DNA of 64,000 nucleotides from Octopus sinensis (taxonomy: Eukaryota), in the NCBI RefSeq assembly GCF_006345805.1, contig NC_043009.1, positions 37,634,001 through 37,698,000 on the forward strand, in the 5' to 3' direction. Below the pieces are notes generated by a model, which saw only the letters and a list, made by a program, of their open reading frames with translations, had not been told where the DNA came from and did not search any database. Numbering within the stretch: the stretch's first letter is position 1; each line of letters begins with the position of its first letter. The translations under genes and the position numbers were made by a program. Positions 37,754 through 51,289 of this stretch are shown piece by piece.

Positions 37754-38599
37754 ATATATATACTGTAGGCTTTTTTCAGTTTCTGTCTACTAAATCCACT
37801 CAAAGCTTTGGTTGGCATGAGGCTATAGTAGATGTCACTTGCAGTGGGAGTGAACTCAGGACCATGTGGTTGGGAAACAAACTTTTTAGCACACAACCAT
37901 GCTTGCACCTATATAATAAAAAAATTAAACTCAATTTTGATAGAAATTTAAAATTTAGATTTCTTTAAAATAGGAAGTTTATATTGTATAACTAGAGGTT
38001 ATACATAATTGAGATTTTGAACATTACTTTTTCTTTTTGATTTGTATTTTTCAATATGTCAGGAAGAGATAAAGGGTAAGAGTGGCAGATTTAATCAGGT
38101 GATAAGAAAAGTCAAGTTATGTGACAACCAAAATAATATCCTGATTATTTTGGTCATGTGACCACAGTAGTATGAGGAGAAACCAAGAGGTTTACAATGT
38201 ACCGTCTATATTTCTTCATGCATAAAGTCCTGGGAGTTGCAAATAAGCATATAACAGCAGTAAAAAATGCATGAGTAGAGATACTATCGTCATCATCTAC
38301 TTCGCTATTTCCACAAACATTTGTGCTATTGAGCCATCAACAGTGGATGTTCTGGGCAGGCACTCAACCTTTTTGAAATATCAGCTAAATTTCTTGTAAA
38401 TCCTACCTTCCTGTCTTTAAAAAGCAAAGATACACAGGATAATGTAATATAAAAGAGGAGACAAATTGATCATAGTTGTAACACTTTTGATCATATGTCT
38501 GACAACAGGTGTGATATTAGCAATAAAAAATGATTTTCTCTGGACACAGAGCAAGTTTCTGAGGGACACATACCCTACGCTGCTACTTTTATACTGTGA

Positions 38600-39839
38600 T
38601 GTCTTACAGTGCTGAATTCAAATTCTTTCATGGGAAACTTTATTACACCTTCAACTCTTGACATCAATCTGCTTGAAACCACCTTTGGTTCAATGACGCT
38701 GTTGGTACATGGAGTGCATGAGGCGGTTCACAAAAGTCATTGGTACCCCTGCCCACACCCTGAGGAAAGCTGCCTCCAGTTCCACATGAGTTTTCAGCCT
38801 TGGGACCACCTGGTTTAGCCATCTCTGGATTTTATTCCACAGGTGTTCAAATGGGTTCAAATCCAGGCTGAGAGCCAGCCACGGCAAAGCTCTGATGTTG
38901 TACTGATGCAGGAAGTCCATGATGACTCTGTCCATGTGGGAGAGAGCATTGTCCTGCTGGAGCATGTAGCTATGGTGACACATGAAGAAGGGCACAATGT
39001 GAGGTCTTAGGATCTGGTCAATGTAGCACTGTGCTGTGATGCCATTCCCTCTGCCTGCACCAACATTTTGGAATACATAGGGGCCAATTTTCTGATTCAG
39101 GCCTATGGTACGCCCAAACCATGATGCTTTGGCCACCCCACGTGTCTCTCCTTGATACATGTGTCTGTAGCATTCACCCCTCCTGTGTCACATCCCCACT
39201 CTGCCATCCAAGGTGGAAACACAGTACTGGCTCTCATCAGAGAAGACTATCGACCTCCATTGTGGATGCCACTAATGTCGGTGTTGTGGGCGATGAGGAC
39301 ATGCCCTTGTGCAGGACAACAGCAACGCAGGTTTTTGTTGGTCAGTAGATGTCATACCGTGTTATCGCTGTCCAGTGCCATTGGTCTCGCAACCAATTGT
39401 ATTGCTATTGCAGGTGATAGATGGTGCTGACATGGACATTATAATCTTTCGCAACAACCAGGGCACACTGTCCTGCTTGCAATCGACTGATTGCTTGTTC
39501 TCTCTGCACTGCTGACAATTGGGTCGTACATGATGCGTCCAAATTACGAATGTCAGGAATGCAGTTCAAGTTGATTTTTATACCCATGACCTCTATGTGA
39601 TGCATGTGCATTTTGGTTTCCATAACAATTGTTTTCAACTGTCACCCATGGCATTCAAAGCAGCTGCATTTTGGCATCTTGTTTCAGGGAAGGTTGAAAG
39701 TTTACCTTCAATTTGGGTCTCAGCCATAAACCAGCATGTCTTGGAATATTTACGCTTACATCCCTGAAATAAATTTTCAGAATTTACCCATAGAAAAACA
39801 ACATATGAAAAAATCGTGTTCCTTTTGTGGTTCAGTGTA
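38600..39839 (-). mobile_element. Decayed Tc1 (DD34E) element
   Basis: QQDN..(34 aa)..DLNPFEHLW catalytic segment, an N-terminal HTH remnant (39405-39638) and TIR-like CACTGAACCACAAAAGG plus TA at 39821-39839. The other TIR was not recognised. Confidence 0.85.
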
Positions 39840-40409
39840 GATATGCAATAACAAAGTCAGCAATGAATGTTAAAATACCAGTTTCTTTTGACAAGGCCTG
39901 GAACCTTGCATTTTTAGGGCCAATGAAATGGTATGATATTTATAATTTTTTTCCTAAGGGTGTTAGCCGTGTAAGTAATTGAAACTGCTTTCCAGTGTTC
40001 AAATGATGTTAGCTCTATGGTATCAAGTCCGCATCAATGTATTCAATTTATTCATTTTACATCTGTTTTATTTTCACACTACTATAGGGTTTGAGTAAGT
40101 AGTTATTATCAAGGCATTATTTCACAATCTGATGTCCTTCCTGTTATTAACCCTTACTTGTTTTTCAAATGGATTTCTTTTTATTCCATGTGGTATAATA
40201 GATATAGGAGTGGCTGTGTGGTTAAGCAGTTTGCTTCCCAACCATAGGGTTTCTGCTTCAGTTCAACTGTGTGACATTTGGGGGAAACTGTTTTCTACTG
40301 TAGCCCTAGGCCAACAAAAGCCTTGTGAATAGATTTGCTAGGTGGAAACTGAAAAAAACCCATTGTATATATGTATAAATACATATGCAGAAATATATAT
40401 ATATGTATA

Positions 40410-40947
40410 TGGACGTGGACAGCTGCGTAAAGAAGTGCTGATCTCTAACTGGAAGAAACCTGTGATGGGACAAGGTGGTGAAGCATGATTTTCGTACTTT
40501 GAGCTTCACAGAGGCAATGATTAGTGACCAAGATAGTTGGCACTGTGCTTGAGAGGACCCATTAGGTAAAGTGCACCCATGCTGGTGGCATGTAAAGAAT
40601 ACCTTTTTAAGCATTGGGTCTCACAGAGGCAAAGTGGTTGAGTTCCTTTCAAGTGTTGGTCCTCACAGAAGCAATGACCAAGAGATTTGGCATTATGTTG
40701 TGCTTGAGAAGAAGACCCATCAAGCTGAGCAAAACTGCAGTTGTGGCAGATACCAGTGTCACATAAATTGGCACCCATTCCATGGCACATGAAAGCACTA
40801 GTGTCATGCAAAATAGCACATAAAAGCACCCATTACACTCTCGGCATGGTTGATGTTAGGAAGGGCATCAAGCTGTAGAAAACCACGCCAAATCAGACAA
40901 GTCTGGTGCAATGTGCCAGCCCGGTCAAACAGTCTAACCCATGCTAG
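40410..40947 (+). mobile_element. Degenerate RTE 3' fragment with an internally duplicated ORF end
   Basis: GRNL*WDKVVKHD-like and RTE tail motifs. Confidence 0.7.
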
Positions 40948-41792
40948 CAGGGAAGGCCATAGTGATGGACATATTTTAAAAGCTAGTATCTTGGATTATA
41001 AAAATAACATAGAGTGCCAAATATATTTATTACATAACTGATATACAGGGGTTCAATATATTATCTAAGATTTGAATATTATATCCTGGAGATGGTCACC
41101 ACCATGAAGAGAACATTCATGAGCTCGTTTACTCCTATCAAGCACATTGCTGCAATGTCTCTACAGATGCTTTGCGTTAGTTCCACTGCTGTGTGGGGCC
41201 ATCTTGCGTATACCCTATCCTTGAGGTGACTGCACAGAAAGTAGTCCACTGGGGTTAGGTCCGATGATCTGGATGGCTAGTGGATATCAAATCTCGAAAT
41301 GAAATGTTTAGGGAAGTGTTCTCAAAGAGTTGTCATCAAGAGTTATGCTGTATGATTAGTGGCACCATCTTGTTGCATCTATATCTGTGTCGAAGCAAGT
41401 CTTTGTAACTCGGGGAAAGAAGGTCTTCAGCATATGGTTGTAGTGATCAGCAGTTACTATTACAGCTGCATCAGGTTCGTGCTGTCTCATGGCAGTTTGC
41501 AACAGCACACAGGATCACCTTTCAGGATGGTGCTTGTTGCTTTCCAAAATGCTGTCAGAAATTTCTTTGGGCTGGTGAAGTATAATTTGGCCATGTATGC
41601 AATTTCTTTGGGAATCAGTGGCATTATGAGGGTCACCAACATGAACTACCTGTAAAAAATAGTAAAACCTTTGGTAATATGTTGAACTCCTGTAATATCA
41701 GTTATGTAATAAAATATATTGGTACTCTACTTAATTTTTATAATCCAAGATACTAGCATTTAAAATGTGTCCCATCATTATGGCCCACCTTG
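40948..41792 (-). mobile_element. Internally deleted rosa/DD41D-like Tc1-mariner element with ~125-bp TIRs
   Basis: Long TIRs aligned by eye. Minus-strand QQDGAT...SRSSDLTPVDYFL..LKDRVY motif with 40 residues between the two D residues. Confidence 0.8.
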
Positions 41793-42732
41793 CATATATA
41801 TATATATAATGAGAAATTATGATAAACACCAGTTTATATCAATTGTTCTGAAACCCTGTGTTGGATGTTCCAAGTGCAACTGGATGCTTAACCACAATGG
41901 ATCATCAGGGAACACTTTATTGAATTATCTTAGAAAGAACTAATGTTTTTCCCTTTCTCTTTATATACTTATATAGGTGTGTGTGCTTGTGTCTTGTCTT
42001 GAATTTGCATAACAGTTGTACATGGGAGTCACGGTCAGACATTCAGTTCCATTATTTTGTGAAAACATATCTGGTCATTGGGAAATATCTTACTTGAATA
42101 CAGGTGAGGGTTGGTGACAGGAAGGGCATCCAGTTGTAGAAAATTTGCCTCCATAAACTCCATCCACACCATGCAAATATGGAGAAGTGGATTTTAAAGT
42201 GGTGGTGAAGATGATGATGATGCATCTTCGAAAACAGAGTTATAGGATTATTTGTTAGCAGGGAATGTCAATATAATGTCACCATTTTTGCTCAAATGGT
42301 TTCTCACATACACATGATAGACTTCCACAAGTTCTGTCCACTATCCACTCAATGCATTGGTTGATATGAGTTTACAAAAGAATACACTTGCCCAAAGAGC
42401 CACGCAGTGAGATAGAACTTGAGACCAGCTAGTTACAAAGCAAACTCTGTATCCACGCAACCACGCCTGCATCTGTGTTTAGTTATTATCATTAAATGCT
42501 TGCGATAACAAATAAGGTTGATTGTGGTTTTGTTTTACACTTAAAACATTACCGAACATTTAATCTAATCAGCTGAAGATCAAAGATCACTGTCTATGTG
42601 GCGTGAATATAGTACTTAACCAAATTTCTCTAGAGGAACCAAAGTTCATGATCTCCACCAAAAGAAAAAGTAGAAGGTGATAGTCTATTAGCATGTATAG
42701 CAGAACAATAAAAGTAAAATTATTGATGTTAA

Positions 42733-42957
42733 CCCTTTTGATACCATATTTCTGTGAAAATAGAATATTTTTGTTTCAATTGATTTTGAAAATAATGAAA
42801 AATTACTAAAATACCGCTGTCCTTATTATTAATCTAGTGTTTGGAACATAAATTAACATAAAATATTTATGGAAGGTTTGCATTTATTTGACTTTAAAAA
42901 AATAAGAAGTTTATACCTCAGAAACAAGTGATCTTGAGCAGGTTGGTATCAAAAGGG
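42733..42957. mobile_element. piggyBac-like MITE (TTAA-CCCTTTTGATACC...GGTATCAAAAGGG-TTAA)
   Basis: Perfect 13-bp TIR with TTAA on both sides. Relatives at 50710-50887 and 61705-61924. Confidence 0.85.
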
Positions 42958-42968
42958 TTAAACTGAAC

Positions 42969-43112
42969 TGTGAAGGGTTTTGTTTGTTCCTTCTCGAGCC
43001 ATGCCTGGCTCATAAGGGCCGGTTTCCTTGGCGTATAGGTTCCCCACCTGGATGGGACGCCGGTCCGTTGCAGGTGAGCTGCAAGATGCAGGAGGAAAGA
43101 GTGAGAGAAAGT
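42969..43112 (-). mobile_element. 3' half of the SINE family seen at 60962-61250
   Basis: Shared core GGAC(C/T)GGC(G/A)TCC..TCCAG..GGGGAAC..GAAACCGG and tail. Confidence 0.75.
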
Positions 43113-43156
43113 TGTGGTGAATGATATATATATATATATATACACACATATATATA

Positions 43157-44260
43157 TATTGGGTTATCCCGTAAATAATGCGAGTTTTTTTATACTTCTT
43201 TTATTTTTCAAAATTAAGAGAAAGTTCTTTTTTAATCTAAAATATACTCTCCTTCATTTTCTACAATGCGGTTCCACCTATCTGGTAGACTTGCAAGGCC
43301 CCGCTTCCAAAATTCATTTGTCTGTGACAAATAATACTCTTCCAGTACTGTTCTGACCTCATCAAGCATTTTCTTGTTGGAAGAACACCTATCATCTTCA
43401 AACCAAAGATGGCCATTTTTCTTCTAGTGCTGACTTAAGCCACTCAAGCTGCTTGAGTGGCTTAAGTCTCCTTTGTTATCATTTGGTTTGGGTTTAAAAG
43501 TTCAAAGTGGACAAAACCTTTCACATCCCACCAAACGGATAACAATACCTTATGTGGGTGAAGACCTTCTTTAGCCCGGGTGCTGGTGTTTCTCCTTTCC
43601 CTACCCACTGTCTTTGGCACTTGACATTTTTATAGAGAACCCATTTCTCATCACCAGTCATTATTTGATCCAAATTTGGATCATTTGTGAGATGTGACAG
43701 CTAAGAAGAGCGTTCACTCTTTGCACACGATTAGACTCAGAAAGTTTGTGAGAAATCCACTGACCTAATTTACTGACTATTCCAATGTCATGCAGATGTC
43801 GATGCATGGTAAATCCAAGCTTCTCTGCTACTTCCTCAACAGTTACAATGGGATTTTCATGCACCAGGGTTTGCAGGTTGTCCTCGTCAAGCTCTACAAT
43901 TCTTCCAGGACAGGGCTTGTCTTCTAGGCTGTATTTTCCATATTTTCTCGAACCACCATTGACACTAGTTTATGCTTATTGTCCAATCCTCATGTATTGC
44001 ATTAATATTCCTCACACTTTCTGTTGCATTGTTGCCTTTATTGAACTCATAAAGCAAAATATGCTGAATATGCTCCTTTATCACTTCCATTATAGCTTTG
44101 AAAAAAATAACTGTTAAAATCGAACTGCATTCTTCAAAACTTGCACTAAAAATAAGAAAAAGGTAAAATTACTACCTGCTTTTATAGCAAGTTGATGCAG
44201 GTAGTTTATCCTACCCCACTCCGACTTTTAGTTCATGCAATTGAAAAGATTGCATTATTT
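43157..44260 (-). mobile_element. Defective mariner-like element, copy 2 (internal deletion removes the third catalytic Asp region)
   Basis: TIR TATTGGGTTATCCCGTAAATAATGCG. Peptides VSKLGQWISHKL, TGDEKW and LPDRWNRIVENEGEYILD*. Confidence 0.88.
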
Positions 44261-44283
44261 ATGTGTGTGCATATGTATGTATT

Positions 44284-44315
<32 letters not shown>

Positions 44316-44880
44316 TTATACACACATACATACGCAACAGACTTCTTTCAGTTTCTGTCCACCAAATTCATTCACAAGGCTTACGTCAGGCCAAGTCTAT
44401 AGCAGAAGACACTTGCTTGAGGTGTCATATAGTGGGACTGAACCCGGAACCATGGTGGTTGGGAAGCATACTTAACACAGCCATACCTGCACTTATATAT
44501 ATATTCAAACGTGCGTGTGTGTGCATACATACACTATTTTATTGAAGCTGAAAAAACTTCTGCCACCCATATAGACATCCATGCCAACAATCTGTCCTAG
44601 TATCACCAAACCTGGTTACTCCCACAGAAAAGCTGTTGCTACTGATGTGTTAGTTCTCCACTAACTGGAGACAACACTCTACTTTGCCATGTGTTACAGC
44701 AAATGCAACAAACTGATGTCACCAGGTAAACCATAAAATAGTGGTGACAGCTGCCTACCTACATCCATGTGGGCCTAAGAATAAAGAATATAACAGATGT
44801 CACTTCCAAACCAGTAATAAGACATGTCCTGAGTTGAGGCCTAATACCTACTATAGCCCTTTTGAATTTGTTTTATAACA

Positions 44881-46250
44881 TCATCATCATCGTTTAACGT
44901 CCGCTTTCCATGCTAGCATGGGTTGGACGATTTGACTGAGGACTGATGTACCAGGTGGCTGCACCAGGCTCCAATCAGATCTGACAGTTTCTACAGCTGG
45001 ATACCCTTCCTAACGCCAACCACTCTGAGGGTGTAGTGGATGCTTTTATGTGCTACCAGCACAAGGGCCAGTCAAGCAGTACTGGCAATGGCCACGCTCA
45101 AATGGTTGTTATTTACGTGCCACCTTCACAGGAGCCAGTCCAGCGGCACTGGCAACGACCTCACTTGAATGTTGTTTTTCATGTGTCACCGGCACAAGTG
45201 CTAGTAAGGCGATGCTGGTAACGATCATGCTCGAATGGTGCTTTTTATGTGCCACCGGTATGGAAGCCAGTCAGCTGCTCTGGAAACGATCATGCTCAGA
45301 TGGTGCTCTTAGCGCTCCACTAGCAAGCATGCCAGTCATCAAATTTGATTTTGATTTTGATTTCACTTGCCTCAACAGGTCTTTGCAACCAGAGTTTAGT
45401 GTCCAATGAAGGAAAGATACACATAAGTGGGCTGGTTACACCCCTGGCATAGGCCATGGGTTAAGGTCTCACTTGGCTTGCCGGGTCTTCTCAACCACAG
45501 CATATTTCCAAAGGTCTCAGTCACTAGTCATTGCCCCGGTGAAGCCTAATGTTCAAAGGTTGTGCTTCACCACCTCATCCCAAGTCTTCCTGGGTCTACC
45601 TCTTCCACAGATTCCCCCAACCGCTAGGGTGAGGCACTTTTTCACACAGCTATCCTCATCCATTCTTGCCACATGACCATACCAGCGCAATTGTCTCTCT
45701 TGCACACCACATCTGATGCTTCTTAGGTCCAACTTTTCTTTCAAGGTATTTACACTCTGTCAAGTGTGCACACTAACATTACACATCCAGTGGAGCATAC
45801 TGGCTTCATTCCTTGCGAGCTTACGCATGTCCTCAGCAGTCACAGCCCATGTTTCACTGCATGCGTCATACAGTCTACCTTTTATTCTGAGCGAGAGGCC
45901 CTTTGTCACCAGCAGAGGTAAGAGCTTTCTGAACTTTGCCCAGGCTATTCTTATTCTAGCAGCTACACTTTCAGCACACCCTCCACTGCTACTGACTTGG
46001 TCACCTAGGTAATGGAAGCTATCAACTACTTCTAGTTTTTCTCCTTGGAATGTGGTGGAAGTTGTTCCCTGCACATTTTCAGTGTTTATTGCTCCTGAGC
46101 TTCTGCCACATACAAAAACTATCTTCCCAGTTAGCCTTCCTTTGATATTGCTGCACCTCTTATGTGTCCATAGCTTACATTGGGTACACCTTACAGAGTT
46201 TCTACCCATGCCTTTTCAAGCAGGGCCATCTACCTGAAGGGATTTGTGGT
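44881..46250 (-). mobile_element. 5'-truncated RTE LINE (Cys-rich region, ORF2 end, 3' UTR with 5 core units)
   Basis: ORFs 45760-46209 and 45553-45744. Same family as 36322-37753. Confidence 0.95.
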
Positions 46251-46251
46251 T

Positions 46252-46298
<47 letters not shown>

Positions 46299-46301
<3 letters not shown>

Positions 46302-47008
46302 TGGCTTTGTGGTTGGGGTGTTGGCCTGTCATGATCATATGGTTGTTAGTTCAATTCCTGAACCAAGCAACATGTGTTCTTGAGCAAGGCATTCATTTCA
46401 TGTTGCTTCCGTCTATTTAGCTAAAACCAGGTACCAGCTGAGTGCTAGTGCAGTGTTCTTTGTTTCTCCAGCTGTTACGTCTTTGATGTTCCAGCTCTCT
46501 GGTTTGCCAATTCAGGTCAAACCATCTAACCCATGCCAGCATAGAAGATGGATGTTAAAGAATGATGATGATGTACTTATTCTATTGAGCTTAGAGGGAT
46601 AAAAAAAAACAACAAAAAAGCAAAGCAAACCTAATCAGGATGTGAACTTATTTTGTTGCCATTATGTGACGTTAACTACTTTACTGCTACAGGTTGTAAA
46701 CCAATACTCTTCAATGACAACAGAAACAATTAGCATGGACAGTTAACACACACACACACACACAATTAGGTTAACTGTTTTTGTGTTGGGGGGGGGACTA
46801 TAATGTAAAGTTTATGCACTATTTATCAACAAATTTCTATTTCAATTACCATAGGCGCAGGAGTGGCTGTGTGGTAAGTAGCTTGCTTACCAACCACATG
46901 GCTCCGGGTTCAGTGGCACCTTGGGCAAGTGTCTTCTACTATAGCCTCGGGCTGACCAAAGCCTTGTGAGTGGATTTGGAAAACGGAAACTGAAAGAAGC
47001 CTGTCGTA

Positions 47009-47046
<38 letters not shown>

Positions 47047-47757
47047 TGGCTTTGTGGTTGGGGTGTTGGCCTGTCATGATCATATGGTTGTTAGTTCAAT
47101 TCCTGAACCAAGCAACATGTGTTCTTGAGCAAGGCATTCATTTCATGTTGCTTCCGTCTATTTAGCTAAAACCAGGTACCAGCTGAGTGCTAGTGCAGTG
47201 TTCTTTGTTTCTCCAGCTGTTACGTCTTTGATGTTCCAGCTCTCTGGTTTGCCAATTCAGGTCAAACCATCTAACCCATGCCAGCATAGAAGATGGATGT
47301 TAAAGAATGATGATGATGTACTTATTCTATTGAGCTTAGAGGGATAAAAAAAAAACAACAAAAAAGCAAAGCAAACCTAATCAGGATGTGAACTTATTTT
47401 GTTGCCATTATGTGACATTAACTACTTTACTGCTACAGGTTGTAAACCAATACTCTTCAATGACAACAGAAACAATTAGCATGGACAGTTAACACACACA
47501 CACACACACACAATTAGGTTAACTGTTTTTGTGTTGGGGGGGGGGACTATAATGTAAAGTTTATGCACTATTTATCAACAAATTTCTATTTCAATTACCA
47601 TAGGCGCAGGAGTGGCTGTGTGGTAAGTAGCTTGCTTACCAACCACATGGCTCCGGGTTCAGTGGCACCTTGGGCAAGTGTCTTCTACTATAGCCTCGGG
47701 CTGACCAAAGCCTTGTGAGTGGATTTGGAAAACGGAAACTGAAAGAAGCCTGTCGTA

Positions 47758-47765
<8 letters not shown>
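46299..47765 (+). repeat. ~745-bp near-perfect tandem duplication bounded by (TA)n tracts
   Basis: 46299-47014 is repeated at 47044-47763. One SNV and three homopolymer/dinucleotide length differences. Confidence 0.95.
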
Positions 47766-47804
<39 letters not shown>

Positions 47805-48010
47805 ATATGTTTGTGTGTCTGTGTTTGTCCCCCAACATCACTTGACAACTGATGCTGGTGTGTTTGTGTCCCCGTAACTTAGCAGTTCGGCAAAAGAGAC
47901 CGATAGAATAAGTACTGGGCTTATAAATCCTGGGGTCGATTTGCTCGACTAAAGGCGGTGCTCAGCACGGCCGCAGTCAAATGACTGAAACAAGTAAAAG
48001 AGTAAAGAGA
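47603..48010 (+). mobile_element. Family-A SINE, full length (its 5' half is duplicated at 46854-47010)
   Basis: Near-consensus sequence. Confidence 0.9.
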
Positions 48011-48396
48011 GTATATCTTTAACATCCTGTCATTAATATCATTATACACATTTCAATAATCAAGAAACAAGTAACAAACACCATATATATACATATACAG
48101 AGAGAGAGAGATGAACTGGTAATATTAGATCCTAAATGCATTGCATTGTATGACTGAAGTTTTAAAAGGAACTTGAACTACATTGTAAGAAGGTATGAAA
48201 TTTGCAGGAATAAAAAAACAAAATTTTTTAAATCACCCACGTACACACACTTCCTTTTGTTAAATGTTAGGATGAACAGGCACCTTTCATTTAAATCTAC
48301 TAATCTCAATGATCCATAGAATGGAACTTAACCTTGCTTTTCATACTGTTACATGATACATGGCAAACCTGAGCTAGGCTAGGATGTAAACATATA

Positions 48397-48783
48397 GGTG
48401 TAGGAATGGCTGTCTGGTAAGTAGCTTGCTTACCAACCACATGGTTCAGGGTTCATTCCCACTGCGTGGCACCTTGGGCAAGTGTCTTCTACTATAGCCT
48501 CGGGCCGACCAAAGCCTTGTGAGTGGATTTGGTAGACAGAGACTGAAAGAAGCCCGTCGTATATATGTATGTATGTGTATATGTTTGAGTCTGTGCTTGT
48601 CCCCCCAACATCGCTTGACAACCGATGGTGGTGTGTTTACGTCCACATAACCTAGCAGTTCGGCAAAAGAGACCAATAGAATAAGTACTAGGCTTACAAA
48701 GAATAAGTCCTGGGGTCGATTTGCTCGACTAAAGGTGGTGTTCCATCATGGCCACAGTTAAATGACTGAAACAAGTAAAAGAG
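48397..48783 (+). mobile_element. Family-A SINE, full length
   Basis: Near-consensus sequence. Confidence 0.92.
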
Positions 48784-49254
48784 TATATATATAATTTCCT
48801 CAGAATAGTTTTGTACCCATTTCTCCCATTAAATGAACAGAGGTAATGTAGAGGGAACTCTCAGGTTGAAATACAATTATAACTAGTTTGAACTAAAATC
48901 GTGTTATGCAGTAGTTTATACCTCATCCAATTGACCATGTTTTGCCTCTATTAAATTTTATAAGTGGCCACATACATATAACTGTCTTGTTTCAGGTGAA
49001 TGTTTACCAGTTGTCACTTTCTAATCAATGGCACTCACTTCACATTTTGTTATTTTCAAAACTATGTGTGTCTCCTACATCTTGCTCATTAAGTCAGCTT
49101 ATTGATTATATCTACAACTTATAACAAATTGTATTCCACATGTGACAAATCTAATAGCTAAATGGGTGTGACCTTACTATCCCCTTAGGTAAGCTTCTCC
49201 ACATCTCTCACACAACTAAAACTTTCAATCCTCAAATCTCTAAGTAGTTCACTT

Positions 49255-49472
49255 GCAGCTGTACTGGCAAAAACGAGGCAATTTCTACTCTTCTCCTCTG
49301 GAAGCCATCTACTCGCGATACCAGAGGGAACACACTCTCCTACCCTGATGTAATCTCCAGGGATACAGGCATCCAGCAACAAGACCTCCATAATGCTATG
49401 ATGGACCGTGAAGTCTGGCGTAGCATGGTAAATTCCATTGTCTCGATCATGGTCGAACAATGATGATGATGA
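49255..49472 (+). mobile_element. 3' end of a second RTE-type LINE family
   Basis: ISTLLLWKPS...YPDVISRDTG...AMMDREVWRSMV...EQ* followed by (ATG)n. Confidence 0.75.
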
Positions 49473-49828
49473 CAGGTAAAAAATACTGGAAGAAGGTCTC
49501 CATGAATAACAACTCTTGGGAAGTAAGACAGTTCATAATGTCATGAAATGCATGAAAATATCCTTTGGTTTCTTGATATTCCTCTTGCAGGGATTATGAT
49601 GGTGGGCTCGGCAATTGAATGAGAGTAAGATAACAAGCAGCATCTGCAACTGTACAATACAAGGCAACTTGCACATGCAGACAATTGTTTATTTGGAAGA
49701 CAACCCCACCACCCGAAATGCAAAGAAAACAACAACAAAAAACTCAATTTTCTTTACTCTTCAGTACTGTATAATCTTTCTCCAACTTCTTCATTTTTTT
49801 TTTATTGCCAGATGCCTGATGACTGATG

Positions 49829-49888
<60 letters not shown>

Positions 49889-50069
49889 TGAGGGAGATAA
49901 ATTGAATATTAATTTAATTAATATCATATGGCCGACCACATAGTGGTTTGCCCTTCAAATATACATACATATATATATATATAAAATTTAATAACAGTTT
50001 CACTTAGCTCCATGGCAACTTATCTGTGTGCGTTTAAATATGTGTATACATGATATATATATATATAAG

Positions 50070-50372
50070 TGAAGGTTCATGGCTCAGTAGTTAGAGTGTT
50101 GGGCTCACAATCATGAAGTAGTGAGTTTGATTCCTGGACCAGGCTGTATGTCATGTTCTTGAACAAGACAATTTTCACATTGCTCCAATTCACTCAGTTG
50201 TAGAAATGAAAGTTGTATTGACCTTTGTATTTCCCTTCGATAATATCAGTAGCATGGAGAGGGGAGGCATGGGTGACTGCTGGTGTTCCATAAACAAGCT
50301 TGCCTGGACTTGTGTCCAGAAGAACTTTCTAGGTGCAATCCTATGGTCATTCATGACCGAAGGGGGTCTTAT
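50070..50372 (+). mobile_element. Family-D tRNA-derived SINE
   Basis: Head TGGCTCAGTAGTTAGAG...GAGTTTGATTCC. The tail is shared with the minus-strand copy at 55145-55335. Confidence 0.7.
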
Positions 50373-50431
50373 ATATGTATAAATATATATACATGTATAT
50401 ATGTGTATATATATATTTACACATATATAAT

Positions 50432-50467
<36 letters not shown>

Positions 50468-50526
50468 CATATATATATATATATTATATATATATATATA
50501 TAATTACATATATATATATATATAAT

Positions 50527-50570
<44 letters not shown>

Positions 50571-50582
50571 CATATATATACA
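50370..50582. repeat. Compound (TA)n / TATAATTACA microsatellite
   Basis: Read directly. One of many (TA)n, (CA)n and (CT)n tracts in the window. Confidence 0.9.
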
Positions 50583-51289
50583 CACAAACTTCCATGAACA
50601 AAAACTATATGTTAAATACATAAAAAAACGCCCCATATTATATGTATTATATTTGAGGCTGGGTAATGTGCCATAACTTATTACAAAAATAAGAAAGTTT
50701 TCAGATTAACCTTTTCATTATCTTTTTTATCTTTATATTATCTTTTTTCAATTAGTTTTGAAAATAACAAAAAGAAAATGATTAAATGGAACATGAATTA
50801 ACATGAAATTTTAATTTAGATTACTTTAAGATGGGAAGTTTGTTTCATAGGGCCAAGGCGGTTTCAGGCAGGTTGGTATCTAAAAGGTTAATCCTTTGTC
50901 TGTGCATGTATATTTTTAGTAGGGGTAGGAGAGCTCTTGGTCCACCTTGAAATTGTGGACCTTCCGGTGACAAAGCCTCTAAAGACCTATCCCAAACAAA
51001 CAAATGAAGAAAAAAAAAATGGCTTGCATTCTTATGACCAGAACAATAATTTAATTTAGTAACTTCATTGCACACTAATGAATTTACAAAATTTTAAAAT
51101 AAAGGCATTGGCATAACTGTGTGGTCACAGACACAGGCATGGCTGTGTGGTAAAGAAACTTACTTTGCAACCACGTGGTTTCAGATTCAGTCTCACACTG
51201 CAGCATCTTGTTTCTTCTACTGTAGCCCTAAGCCAACTAATGTCTTGTGAGTTAAATATATATATACATATATGTGTGTGTGTGTTTGT

